A stretch of DNA of 64,000 nucleotides from Pristiophorus japonicus (taxonomy: Eukaryota): assembly GCF_044704955.1 (NCBI RefSeq), contig NC_091987.1:26598001-26662000 (forward strand), in the 5' to 3' direction. Each line of letters opens with the position of its first letter. Positions within the stretch are counted from its first letter, which is position 1. Position numbers and translations under genes: made by a program. The notes beneath the pieces are model-generated. The model had not been told where the DNA came from. It made no database searches and saw only the letters and a list, made by a program, of their open reading frames with translations. Shown here piece by piece: positions 24,501 through 36,960 of this stretch.

Positions 24501-25547
24501 TCCTTTTCAGAATGGCAGGCAGTGACTAGTGGAGTGCCGCAGGGCTCAGTGCTGGGACCCCAGCTCCTTACAATGTACATTAACGATTTAGATGAAGGAA
24601 TAGAGTGTAATATCTCTAAGTTTGCGGATGAGACTAAACTGGATGGCGGTGTGAGCTGTGAGGAGGACGCTAAGAGGCTGCAGGGTGACTTGGATAGGTT
24701 AGGTGAGTGGGCACATACATGGCAGATGGAGTATAATGTGGATAAATGTGAGGTTATCCACTTTGGGGGCAAAAACAAGGAGGCAGAATATTAGCTGAAT
24801 GGCGGCAGACTAAGAAAAGGGGAGGTGCAACGAGACCTGGGTGTCATGGTACATCAGTCACTGAAAGTGGGAACGCAGGTACAGCAGGCGGTAAAGAAGG
24901 CAAATGGTATGTTGGCCTTCATAGCTAGGGGATTTGAGTATAGGAGCAGGGAGGTCTTAATGCAGTTGTACAGGGCCTTAGTGAGGCCTCACCTGGAGTA
25001 TTGTGTTCAGTTTTGATCTCCTAGTCTGAGGAAGGACGTTCTTACTATTGAGGGAGTGCAGCGAAGGTTCACCAGACTGATTCCAGCGATGGCTGGGCTG
25101 TCACATGAGGAGAGACTGGATTAACTGGACCTTTATTCACTGGAGTTTCGAAGGATGAGAGTGGATCTCATAGAAATGTATAAGATTCTGACGGGACTGG
25201 ACAGGATAGATGCGGGAAGAATGTTCCCGATTTTGGGGAAGTCCAGAACCAGGGGACATAGTCTTAGGATAAAGGGTAGGCCATTTAGGACTGAGATGAG
25301 GAGAAACTTCTTCATTCAGAGAGTTGTTAACCTGTGGAATTCCCTGTCACAGAGAATTGTTCATGCCAGTTCACTGGATATATTCAAGAGGGAGTTAGAT
25401 ATGGCCCTTATGGTTAAGGGGATCAAGGGGTATGGAGAGAAAGCAGGAAAGGGGTACTGAAGGAATGATCAGCCATGATCTTATTGAATGGCGGTGCAGG
25501 CTCGAAGGGCCGAATGGCCTACTCCTGCACCTATTTTCTACGTTTCT
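21564..25547 (+). mobile_element. CR1 LINE from ORF1 start to 3' tail, decayed
   Basis: IVIGDSIVRG, VIGITETWL, KFADETKL; tail at ~25533-25547. Confidence 0.92.
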
Positions 25548-25631
25548 AAAAGGCTGCAGGGTGACTTGGACAGGTTAGGTGAGTGGGCGAATGCATGGCA
25601 GATGCAGTATAATGTGCATAAATGTGAGGTT

Positions 25632-28284
25632 ATCCATGCTGACTTGGGCCGATCCTGTCACTGCTTTAATAATTGATTCCAACATTTTCCCCAGTACTGA
25701 CGTCAGGCTCACCGGTCTATAATTACCCATTTTCTCTCTCCCTCCTTTTTTAAAAAGTGATGTTACATTAGCTACCCTCCAGTCCATTGGAACTGATACC
25801 GAATCGATCGACTGTTGGAAAATGATCATCAATGCATCCACTATTTCTATGGCCACTTCCTTATGTACTCTGGGGTATAGACTATCAGGCCCAGGGGATT
25901 TATCGGCTATCAATCACATCAATATCCCTAACACAATTTCCCGCTTTATAAGGATATCCTCCAGTTCCTCCTTCTCACTAGACTCTCGGTCCCCAATATT
26001 TCCAGAAGTTTATTTGTGTCTTCCTTCGTGAAAACAGAACCAAAGTACTTGTTTAACTGGCCTGCCATTTCTTTGTTCCCCATTATAAATTCACCTGAAT
26101 CTGACTGCAAGGGACCTACGTTTGTTTTCATTAATCTTGTTCTCTTCATATATCTACAGAAGCTTTTGCAGTCAGTTTTTATGTTCCCAGCAAGCTCTCT
26201 CTCATTCTCTATTTTTCCCCTCCTAATTAAACCCTTTGTCCTCCTCTGCTGTATTACAAAATTCTCCCAGTCCTCAGATTTGCTGCTATTTCTGGCGAAT
26301 TTATATGTCTTTTCCTTGGATTTAACACTATCCCTAATTTCCCTTGTTAGCCACCGTTGAGCGACCTTTCCCGTTTTATTTTTACTCTAGACAGGGATGT
26401 ACAATTGTTGAAGTTCATCCATGTGATCTTTAAATGTTTGCCATGGCCTATCCACCTTCAACCCTTCAAGTATCATTTGCCAGTCTATTCTAGCCAATTC
26501 ACGCCTCAAACCATCGAAGTTACCTTTCCCCAAGTTCAAGATCCTAGTCTCTGAATTAACTGTGTCACTCTCCATCTTAATAAAGAATTCTACAATATTA
26601 TGGTCACTCTTCCCCAAGGGGCCTCGCACAACAAGATTGTTAATTAGTCCTTTCTCATTACACATCACCCAGTCTAGGATGGCCAGCCCTCGAGTTGGTT
26701 CCTCGACATATTGGTCTAGAAAACCATCCCTAATACACTCCAGGAAATCCTCCTCCACCGTGTTGCTACCAGTTTGGTTAGCCCAGTCAATATGTAGATT
26801 AAAGTTGCCCATGCTGACTGCTGTAACTTTGTTGCATGCATCCCTAATTTCTTGTTTGATGCTGTCCCCATCCTCATTACGACTGTTTGGTGATCTGTAC
26901 ACAACTCCCACTCGCGTTTTTTGCCCTTTGGTATTCCGCAGCTCCACCCATACCGATTTCACATCATCCAGCCTAATGTCCTTCCTTAGTATTGCATTAA
27001 TTTCCTCTTTAACAAGCAACGCCACCCCACCTCCTTTTCCTTTCTGTCTATCCTTGCTAAATGTTGAATACCCCTGGATGTTGAGTTCCCAGCCTTGGTC
27101 ACCCTGGAGCCATGTCTCCGTGATGCCAATTACATCGTATCCGTTAACTGCTCCCTGCGCAGTTAATTCGTCCACCTTATTACGAATACTCCTCGCATTG
27201 AGGCACAGAGCCTTCAGGCTTGTCTTTTTAACACCTTTTGCCCATTTAGGATTTTGCTGTAATGTGGCCCTTTTTGCTTTTTGCCTTAGGTTTCTCTGCC
27301 CTCCACTTTTACTTTTCTTCTTTCTATCTTTTGATTCTGTCCCCATTCTACTTCCCTCTGTCTCCTTGCATAGGTTCCCATCCCCCTGCCATATTAGTTT
27401 AACCCCTCCCCAACAGCACTAGCAAGCACTCCCCCGAGGACACTGGTTCCGGTCCTGCCCAGGTGCAGACCGTCCGGTTTGTACTGGTCCCACCTCCGCC
27501 AGAGCCGATTCCAATGTCCTAGGAATTTGAATCCCTTCCTTCTGCACCACTCCTAAAGCCATGTATTCATCTGAGCTATCCTGTGATTCCTACTCTGACT
27601 AGCACGTGGCACTGGTAGCAATCCTGAGATTGCTACTTTTGAGGTACTACTTTTTAATTTAGCTCCTAGCTCCCTAAATTCGTCTTGTAGGACCTCATCC
27701 CGGTTTTTTACCTATATCTTTGGTACTTATATGCACCACGACAACTGGCTGTTCACCCTCCCTTTTCAGAATGCCCTGCACCCACTGCAAGATATCCTTG
27801 ATCCTTGTACCAGGGAGACAACATACCATCCTGGAGTCTCGGTTGCGGCCGCAGAAACATCTATCTATTCCCCTTAGAATAGAATCCCTTATCACTATAG
27901 CTCTCCCACTCTTTCTCCTGCCCTCCTGTGCAGCAGAGTCACCCACGGTGCCGTGGACTAGGCTGCCGCTGCCGTCCCCTGATGAGTCATCCCCCTCAAC
28001 AGTACCCAAAGCGGTGTATCTGTTTTTCAGGGGGATGACCGCAGGGGACCCCTGCACTACCTGCCTTCCACTGCTCTTCCTGTTGGTCACCCATTGCCTA
28101 TCTGGCTGTGTAACCTTTACTTGCGGTAAGACCAACTCAATAGACATGCTATTCACGTCATTCTCAGCATCGTGGATGCTCCAGAGTGAATCCAGCCGCA
28201 GCTCCAGTACCGCAATGTGGTCTGTCAGGTGCTGCAGCCGGATAAACTTCCTGCATATGTAGTCATCATGGACACTGGAAGCGT
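25632..28284 (-). mobile_element. Inverted 5' two-thirds of a CR1 (ORF1, APE, up to the QHG motif of RT)
   Basis: Minus-strand ORFs 27695-28156 (ORF1), 26387-27346 (APE: LCLNARSIRNK, SDHN) and 25575-25913. Confidence 0.92.
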
Positions 28285-28295
28285 AATGTATGGAA

Positions 28296-29410
28296 GGGGG
28301 TAATGTATTGACGTGGATAGAGAACTGGAAGCAAAGAGTAGGAATAAACGGATCCTTCTCAGAATGGGGCAGGCAGTGACTAGTGGGGTACTGCAGGGTT
28401 CAGTGGTGGGACCCCAGCTATTTACAATATACATTAATGATTTAGACGAAGGAATTGAATGTAATATCTCCAAGTTTGCAGATGACACTAATCTGGGTGG
28501 CGGTGCGAGCTGTGAGGAGGATGCTAAGAGGCTGCAGGGTGAGTTGGAGAGGTTAGTTGAGTGGGGAAATGTATGGCAGATGCAGTATAATGTGGATAAG
28601 TGTGAGGTTATCCATTTGGTGGCAAATACAGGAAGGCAGAATATTATCTGAATGGTGACAGATTAGAAAAAGGGGAGGTGCAACGAGACCAGGGTGTCAT
28701 GGTACATCAGTCATTGAAAGTTGGCATGCAGGTGCAGCAGGCGGTGAAGAAGGCAAATGGTATGTTGGCCTTCATAGCTAGTGGATTTGAGTATAGGAGC
28801 AGGGATGTCTTACTGCAGTTGTACAGGGCCTTGGTGAGGCCTCACCTGGAATATTGTGTTCAGTTTTGGTCCCCTAACCTGAGGAAGGACGTTCTTGCTA
28901 TTGAGGGAGTGCAGCGAAGGTTCACCAGACTGATTCCAGGGACGGCAGGACTGACATATGAAGAAAAACTGGATCAACTGGGCCTTTATACACTGGAGTT
29001 TAGAAGGATGAAAGGGGATCGCATAGAAACATACAAGTTTCTGACGGGACTGGACAGGTTAGATGTGGGAAGAATGTTTCCGATGTTGGTGAAGTCCAGA
29101 ACCAGGGGACACAGTCTTAGGAGAAGGGGTAGGCCATTTAGGACTGAGATGAGGAGAAACTTCTTCACTCAGAGAGTTGTTAACCTGTGGAATTCCCAGC
29201 CGCAGAGAGTTGTTGATGCCAATTCACTGGATATATTCAAGAGGGAGTTAGATATGGCCCTTACTGCTAAAGGGATCAAGGGGTATGGAGAGAAAGCAGG
29301 AATGGAGTACTGAGTTGAATGATCAGCCATGATCTTATTGAATGGTAGTGCAGGTTCGAAGGGCCGAATGGCCTACTCCTGCACCTATTTTCTATGTTTC
29401 TATGTTTCTA
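28296..29410 (+). mobile_element. 3' third of a CR1 (RT C-terminus plus tail)
   Basis: [31 protein letters not shown]; TTTCTATG tail. Confidence 0.92.
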
Positions 29411-29715
29411 AACCGAGGCCCGTCTGCTTTCTCAGGTGGACATAAAAGATCCCATGGCACTATTTTGAAGAAGAGCAGTGGACTTATCCCCGGTGTACTG
29501 GCGCCAATATTTATCCTTCAATAAACAGAACAAAAGCAGATCATCTGGTCATTATCACATTGTTGTTTGTGGGAGCTTGCTTGTTGGCAAGTTGGCTGCT
29601 GTGTTTCCCACATTACAGCAGTGATTACACCCCAAAAATACTTGATTGACTGTAAACGGATTTGAGACGTGTGGTGGTCGTGAAAGGCGCTATATAAATG
29701 CAAGTCTTTCTTTCT
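29411..29715 (+). mobile_element. DeuSINE/SacSINE1-like SINE, 5' truncated
   Basis: GATCCCATGGCACTATTTTGAAGAAGAGCAG, TTTGTGGGAGCTTGC and the 3' GAAAGGCGCTATATAAATGCAAGTCTTTC match the shark DeuSINE as I recall it; a homologous copy lies at ~49095-49310. Confidence 0.65.
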
Positions 29716-29849
29716 ATAACACAAACTGGCATCCTCACTGACCTACATACCAACAAATCCTGCATTTCACAAATAATTAACTGCGTGAAGTGCTTTGAGA
29801 CCAGTCAGGCCCAGGCTTGGGCTGGCAAGTAGCAGGCAACAGTCATCGA

Positions 29850-32800
29850 TGTCATGTATCTCACACTACTGTACATAACTGTATCTTACCATGCTATACA
29901 TGACTGTAACCAGAGATGACCTGTAACCACAAACTTACCTTACCACCAGGGGTACATTTGCAGGAGACACTGCATACCTGTCCCAGACAGGTATATAAGC
30001 ACAGGTCTCAGGCAAGTGTGGCATTCGAGAGCTGTGTAATAAAGGTGCAGGTCCTGAGTGACCTTGACTTCACTATGTGCCTCATGTGAATCTGTACTGA
30101 GGGGACAGGACTTTACAGTGGCGACGAGTTACGGGATTACAGAATCCACAGAATGGCGAACAACGGCTCAGTTGAAAAGTACAATGCTGGAGACAATTGG
30201 AGGACTTTATAGAAAGGCTCCAGCAAAGCTTTGTAACCAAAGACTGGTTAGGCGACGACAAGGCAGACAAGAGAAGAGCCCATCTCTTGACCAGCTGTGG
30301 CTCGAAAACATACGCTTTAATAAAGGACCTGCTGGCACCCGAGAAACCAGCAAGCAAGTCATTTGAAGAGTTGAGCACACTGGAAAGAGACCACCTGAAG
30401 CCAGCGAGCAGCCTACACATGGCCAGATACAGGTTCTACAACTCCAGATGCTGTGTGGGCCAGAGCATACCCGACTTCGTGGCAGAACTTCAGAGGTTGG
30501 CTAGCTTATGTGAGTTCTCCGATGAACTAAGGAGAGAAGTACTGAGAGACTTTTTCATTGAAGGAATAGGCCATGCAGGCATATTCCGAAAGCTCATAGA
30601 AATCAAGAACTTGACCCTAGAGGCACCAGCACTGGTTGCAGACATTCTTGACAGGAGAAGAAGAAACAAGGTTGATCTACCCTGCGGGTACGACAACTAA
30701 CGAAACATCGGAACAAGGGGTTCACAGCGTGAAACAAGCCGCTACCCTCACACACAGACAAAGGCAGGAGAGCAGGCCCTCAACAGCAGGCAGTGGCGCC
30801 AGAAGCCATCAAGGGCCACATGAACAGCCGTTCACACCTCATCAACCCACAATGCGAGCAATCAACTACAAACTGAGAGAAGCTCAAGAGAGATCAGCCA
30901 GACGCAGCTCATTCTTTTGAAACAATGATCTGTGCTGGAGATGTGGGAGAAGGCACAAGGGAGTGTCGATTTCAGAATGCTGTTTGCAGAAACTGTGACT
31001 ATACAGGGCATCTGGCCCGCATGTGCAGAAAAACGGCAGCTCGGCTTGTATACGAATCGGAAGGGTCGGAAAGCGGACCAGAAGACGGTGGGGACAGTAC
31101 CCGGGACACCGATGTACAGCGGGTCAACACGATCAATGGCCACTGCTCCTACAACAAGACGCCTCCAATAATGATGAGGGTCGTACTCAATGGGATACCC
31201 GTCAACATAGAACTGGATACGGGAGCGAGTCAATCTCTCATGAGTGCTCAACAATTTGAACAGCTGTGGCCGCACAAAAGAGACAGACCAAAACTCACAA
31301 GGGTCGGCACCAAACTAAGGACCTATACCAAAGAAATCGTCCCAGTCCTCGGCAGCGCCATGCTCTCTGTCACACACAAAGGGACAGTGAACCGACTTCC
31401 CCTGTGGATTGTCCCCGGAGATCCCCCAGCACTGCTGGGGAGAAGCTGGCTCGCAAAACTAAACTGGAAATGGGATGATGTTCATGCCATGTCATCAGAG
31501 GAACGGACCTCCTGCTCAACAGTTCTAAGTCGATTTGAACATCTCTTTCAGCCAGGTTTGGGCACCTTCAAAGGGGCTAAAGTCAAAATCGACATCACAC
31601 AGGATGCTAGACCGGTCCATCACAAGGCTAGAGCTGTACCCTATGTGGTGAGGGAAAAGGTTGAACATGAACTCGACAGGCTTCTGCGGGAAGGCATTAT
31701 CTCACCCGTGGAATTTAGCGACTGGGCAAGTGCCATCATCCCAGTCATGAAGCCTGATGGATCCGTACGAATCTGTGGGGACTACAAATCTACCATAAAC
31801 AGAGTTTCCCTACAGGACCAGTACCCGCTGCCCAGAGCGGAGCACTTATTTGCCACATTGGCTGGAGCAAAACTTTTCTCAAAACTAGATCGCTCATCTG
31901 CGTATATGATGCAAGAATTGACCGAGGAATCCAAGTTACTCACCACCATCAACACACATCAAGGCCTTTTCATGTACAATCGATGCCCATTCGGCATCAG
32001 GTTGGCAGCTGCCATATTCCAGCGCAACTTGGAGAGTCTGCTCAAGTCCATCCCGGGGACGGTTGTATTTCAAGACGACATACTTATCACGGGCAGGGAC
32101 ACCGAATCCCATCTCCGCAATTTGGAGGAAGTACTAAAGCGGTTGGATCGGGTAGGCCTAAGAGTTAAGAAATCCAAATTCCTGTTTCTCGCACCCGAGG
32201 TTGAATTTTTGGGCAGAAGGATTGCCGCTGATGGAATCCGCCCAACAGAATCCAAAACCGAAGCAATTCGCCTGGCACCCAGGCCCCGGAATGTCTCAGA
32301 ACTGCGTGCCTTTCTTGGGGTGCTCAATTATTTTGGGAACTTTATGCAGAACTTAAGCACGCTGCTGGAGCCTCTCCACATGCTACTCAGGAAGGGGTGC
32401 GATTGGTTTTGGGGAACGCCCAGGAACGTGCCTTCAATAAGGCACGCAACCTTCTGTGTTCCAACAGTGTTTTGGCTTTGTTTAATCCAGGTAAAAAGCT
32501 AGTTCTCACATGCGATGCATCAGCGTACGGGGTCAGGTGCATTTTACATGTCAATAGTGTGGGTAAATTACAACCCATTGCTTATGCCTCCAGGTCACTT
32601 TCGCGGGCGGATGGCGGGTACGGAATGGTGGAGAAGGAGGCGCTCGCGTGCGTGTACGGTGTCAAAAAGATGCACCAATACCTTTTCAGGGCCAAGTTCA
32701 CGTTCGAAACCAACCACAAACCCCTCACGTCCCTGCTATCCGAAAGCAAGACAATAAACGCCAACGGCTCGGCGCGCATTCAATGGTGGGCACTCATGCT

Positions 32801-34251
32801 GGCAGCTTACGATTACACCATATGGCACAGACCAGACACAGACAACTGTGCTGACGCGCTGAGCAGGCTACCCCTGGCGACCACGGAAGGGTCTGATGAA
32901 CAGGACTGTGAGATAGTCATGGCAATCAATGCCTTTGAGTCCACAGGTTCGCCCATGCTGGCTCACCAAATCAGAGCCTGGACGACCAGTGACCCCACGT
33001 TGTCCCTCGTAAAAAGATGTGTCCTAACCGGTGACTGGGCAGAGGCTCGCGATGCCTGCCCCAAGGCGATCAAATCTTTCCATAGGCGAATGCATGAGCT
33101 GTCACTTCAAGCAGACTGCCTGATGTGGGGTAGCCGAGTAGTTATGCCTCTGCGAGGCAGAGAGGCATTTGTCCGGGAGCTCCACTGCGAGCACCCGGGG
33201 ATCGTTCTCATGAAGGCCAAAGCCAGATCCCACGTTTGGTGGCCTGGCATTGATGCGGACTTGGAGCTCTGCACCATTTGTGCCCAACTCAATAATGCAC
33301 CCAGCGAGGCCCCCCTGAGCCCCTGCCCCTGGCCTACCAAACCGTGGTAACGGGTGCACGTGGACTATGCGGACCCATTCATGGTCAAAATGTTCCTCGT
33401 AGTTGTGGATGCATTTTCTAAGTGGATCGAATGCACCATTTTAAACTCGAGCACCACCTCCACCACTGTGGAGAGCCTTGGAACCATATTCGCAATGCAC
33501 GGCATTCCTGACATATTGGTCAGTGATAATGGTCCGTGCTTCACCAGCACAGAATTCCAAGATTTTAGAAATGACCACGGCATAAATCACATTAGGACGG
33601 CACCGTTCAAGCCGGCCTCCAACGGCCAGGCAGAGCGAGCAGTGCAGATCATTAAACAAGGCATGCTCAAAATCCAAGGTCCCACGCTGCAGGGCCACCT
33701 GTCGGGACTGCTGCTGGCATACAAATCTCGCCCGCATTCATTGACTGGAGTTCCCCCCGCGCAACTATTAATGAAACGGACCTTAAAGACAAGGCTCTCA
33801 TTAATCCTCCCTGACATACATGAAATCGTTGAGACAAAATGCCGTAAGCTAACCGAGTACCATGACCGAAATTCGAGGGGGAGGTGGAATGAGATAGGGG
33901 AAAAAGTGTTTGTGCTAAACTATGGTAGGGGTCCCAAATAGCTTGCAGGGACAGTAACAGGCAAGGAAGGAAACAGGCTACTGGTGGTTCAAATGAACAA
34001 TGGCCAAACCTGCTGGAGGCATGTAGACCAAGTCAAAAGCAGATTTACCAACAACACTGCTGAACCAGAGGCAAACTACAATGTGGAACTCACACCACAC
34101 CTGGTGGACAGACAGAGGGAACAACCTGAGGAAAGGGCAATCCCAACAGACAGCCCAGGCGAGACACCAACAATCACACTGAACGAAACAGACAGCCTTG
34201 ACTTCACTATGTGCCTCATGTGAATCTGTACTGAGGGGACAGGATTTTACA
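29850..34251 (+). mobile_element. Gypsy LTR retrotransposon family B, copy 1; 5' LTR 29850-30117, 3' LTR reduced by deletion to ~34196-34251
   Basis: TG..CA LTR, PBS TGGCGACGAG at 30119, gag (FIERLQQSFV), PR ELDTGAS, RT FQDDILI, RNase H and integrase ORFs 30197-33941. Confidence 0.93.
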
Positions 34252-34440
34252 ATCTCCAATAGGAAAAGGCCCAATCAGATCCTCCTTATCCTTGAACATC
34301 CCCAAGATCAACATCCTGGCACTCAGCATTGACCAGAAACTTACCGAGAGCAACTATATTGACATCATAGCTACAAGAGCAGGGTAGAGGCTGGGTACTC
34401 TGCAAGGAGAGGCTCAAATCCTGACCCCTCAGAATGTCTC

Positions 34441-35385
34441 AACAACAACAACAACTTATATTTATTTTGCAACTTTAATGTAGTAAAATGTTTCAGGACA
34501 GTTCACAGGAGCGTTATGAGACAAAACTTGACACCAAACCAGCCACATAAAGAGATACTATGGCAGATGGCCAAAAACCTGGTCAAGGAGGTAGGTTTTA
34601 AGGATTGACTGAAAGGATGAAAAACAGATGGAGAGGCAGAGAGGTTTCGAGAGGAATTTCCAGAGCTTCCGAGGCAGCAAAAGGCACGGCCTCCGATGGT
34701 GGAGCGATTAAAATCAGGGAAGCTCAAGAGGCCAGAATTGGAGGAGCGCCGATTTCTCGGAGGTTGTGGGGCTGGAGGAGGTGACTGAGACAGGGCGGGG
34801 CAAGGCAATGGATGAGAATTTTAAAATTGAGGTGTTTCCGGACCGGGAGCCAATGTAGGTCATCGAGCACTGGGGTGATGGGTGAGAGGGACTTGGTGCG
34901 AATTAGGACACGGGTCAGCGAGCACAGGGGGTGATGGGTGAGCGGGACTTGGAGCGAGTTAGGACACGGGGCAGTGAGCACAGGGGCTGTGGGTAAGCAG
35001 GACTTGGAGCGAGTTAGGACACGGGGCAGTGAGCACAGGGGTGATGGATGAATAAGACTTGCTGCGAGTTGGGACACGAGCAACAGAGTTTTCGACCATC
35101 TGAAGTTTACCGAGGGTGGATGATGGGAGGCCCACCAGGAGTGCATGGAATAGTCAAGTCTAGAGGTAATAAAGGCATGGATGAAGTTTTTGGATATGCT
35201 GAGGCAAGGGTGGAGACAGATGATGTTAAGGAGGTGGAAGGAGTCAGTTTTGGTGATGGTACGGATATGTGGTTGGGTCGGAAACCCGTCTTGGGGTCAA
35301 AAGTTTGATTTGGCCTCAGGCAGTGGCCAACAAGAGGGGTAGGGTTGGTGGCTAGGGAATGGAGTTTGTGGAGAATGAAAGTCAT
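34441..35385 (-). mobile_element. Old L2-like LINE 3' fragment containing ~41-bp internal tandem repeats (about 34865-35080)
   Basis: ITPVLDDLHWLPVRKHLNFKILI; IGGRAF; (AAC)n tail. Confidence 0.7.
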
Positions 35386-35708
35386 TGGCTATATTGACTA
35401 AATGATTTCAAATAAATGTACCTTAGTGGGCAGGGTTTTTAACTTAAAAATGTGTTTTTAAATTTTATTTTTATATGTTTTAAAACTCTTACGCTGTAGG
35501 CTGTGTGCCTGCATTTCCCAGTCACAAGAGTTTTAAGGACCTTCACTGGGCAAGAGATGGGCAAATATCGCAATCCTGCCCATGTGAATGTCCTGGCTGT
35601 TGAGATGAGTTGGATCTGTCAGGCCAGAACTTGACAGATTGGACAAGCCGCTGTTCAGCGCATATGTACTGCGCACTGAAAACCGGCTTTTGCGTTACCT
35701 CCCCAGGT

Positions 35709-36358
35709 CCGTACACATCCCATACACACACTGTTCACACACCGTACACATCCCATACACAGCCCGTACACATCCCGTACACACACCGTACACACCCCGT
35801 ACACATCCCGTACACACACCGTGCACACACCGTACACACCCCGTGCACACACTGTACACACCCCATACACACACCGTGCACACACCGTACACACACCGTA
35901 CATGCCCCGTACACGCTCCGTACACATCCCGCATGCACCCCGTACACATCCCGTACATGCTCCATACACACCCCGTACACACTCAGTACACTCCCCATAC
36001 ACATCCCGTACACACTCAGTACACACCCCATATACACCTCGTACACACCCCATCCACATCCCGTATACGCTCCGTACACACCCTGGACACACTGTACGCA
36101 CCCTGTACGCACCCCGTACGCACCCCGTACGCACCCCGTACACACTCCATACACACTCCGTACACACTCAGTACACACCCCGTACACTCAGTACACACCC
36201 CGTACATGCTCCGTACACAGTCCATACACACTCAGTACACGCTCAGTACACGCTCAGTACACACTCAGTACACGCTCAGTACACACCCAGTACACTCTCC
36301 GTACACACCCCGTACACACCCCGTACACATTCAGTACACACTCAGTACATACTCCATA
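35709..36358. repeat. Degenerate minisatellite of about 11 bp, (CCGTACACAC)n
   Basis: Directly visible; produces low-complexity HTPY and VYGV ORFs. Confidence 0.95.
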
Positions 36359-36960
36359 CCGACGCAGGGAGGCTGGGATTTCAGGCCTGTTATTTAATTG
36401 GAGGAAAATTCTGTTCATTCAGTATTGGATGTCAGACAAAGAATCTGCCAAATTAGAGAGAGTGGAGGGGTGGCGAGAGGTGGTGGTGAGCTGGAGCTGG
36501 GCGTCACCAGCTTGCATGTGGAACTAACATTATGTTTTCTGATGATGTCGCTGAAGGGCAACATATAGAGGAGAAAGAGGAAGGGATAAAGGATAGTTCC
36601 GTGGGATGAGTGCAGCGGTAACGATGCGGGAGCGGGAAGAGAAGCCATTGCAGTTTCCAACTGTATAGATAAGAATGGAACCAGGTGGTACAGGCCCACC
36701 CAGCTGGACGATGGAGGTTTGGTGTGGGAGGAGGATGGAGTGGCCAAAGGCTGCAGACAGGTCGAGAAGGATCATAATTTGTTGGGGTCACTGAAGGTGG
36801 ATTAGAATGAGATTTTTTGTGTTGAAACGAGATTTGCATCGAAGGATGATGTCATCAAGATGCATCTGAAGATGTTCTGCGAATCAGACAATCAAGGTGA
36901 GTATCAGAGTACAGAAGGACGCGAGACCAGTTTACTGCAAGCCACGTCCCGTACCATATG

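Noticed and set aside
26562-27422. 286-aa plus-strand ORF and similar ORFs opposite TE coding regions
   Set aside because: Antisense shadows of CR1 or Gypsy reading frames.
35610-36527. His/Thr/Pro/Tyr-rich and Cys/Val-rich ORFs
   Set aside because: Translations of a low-complexity minisatellite.
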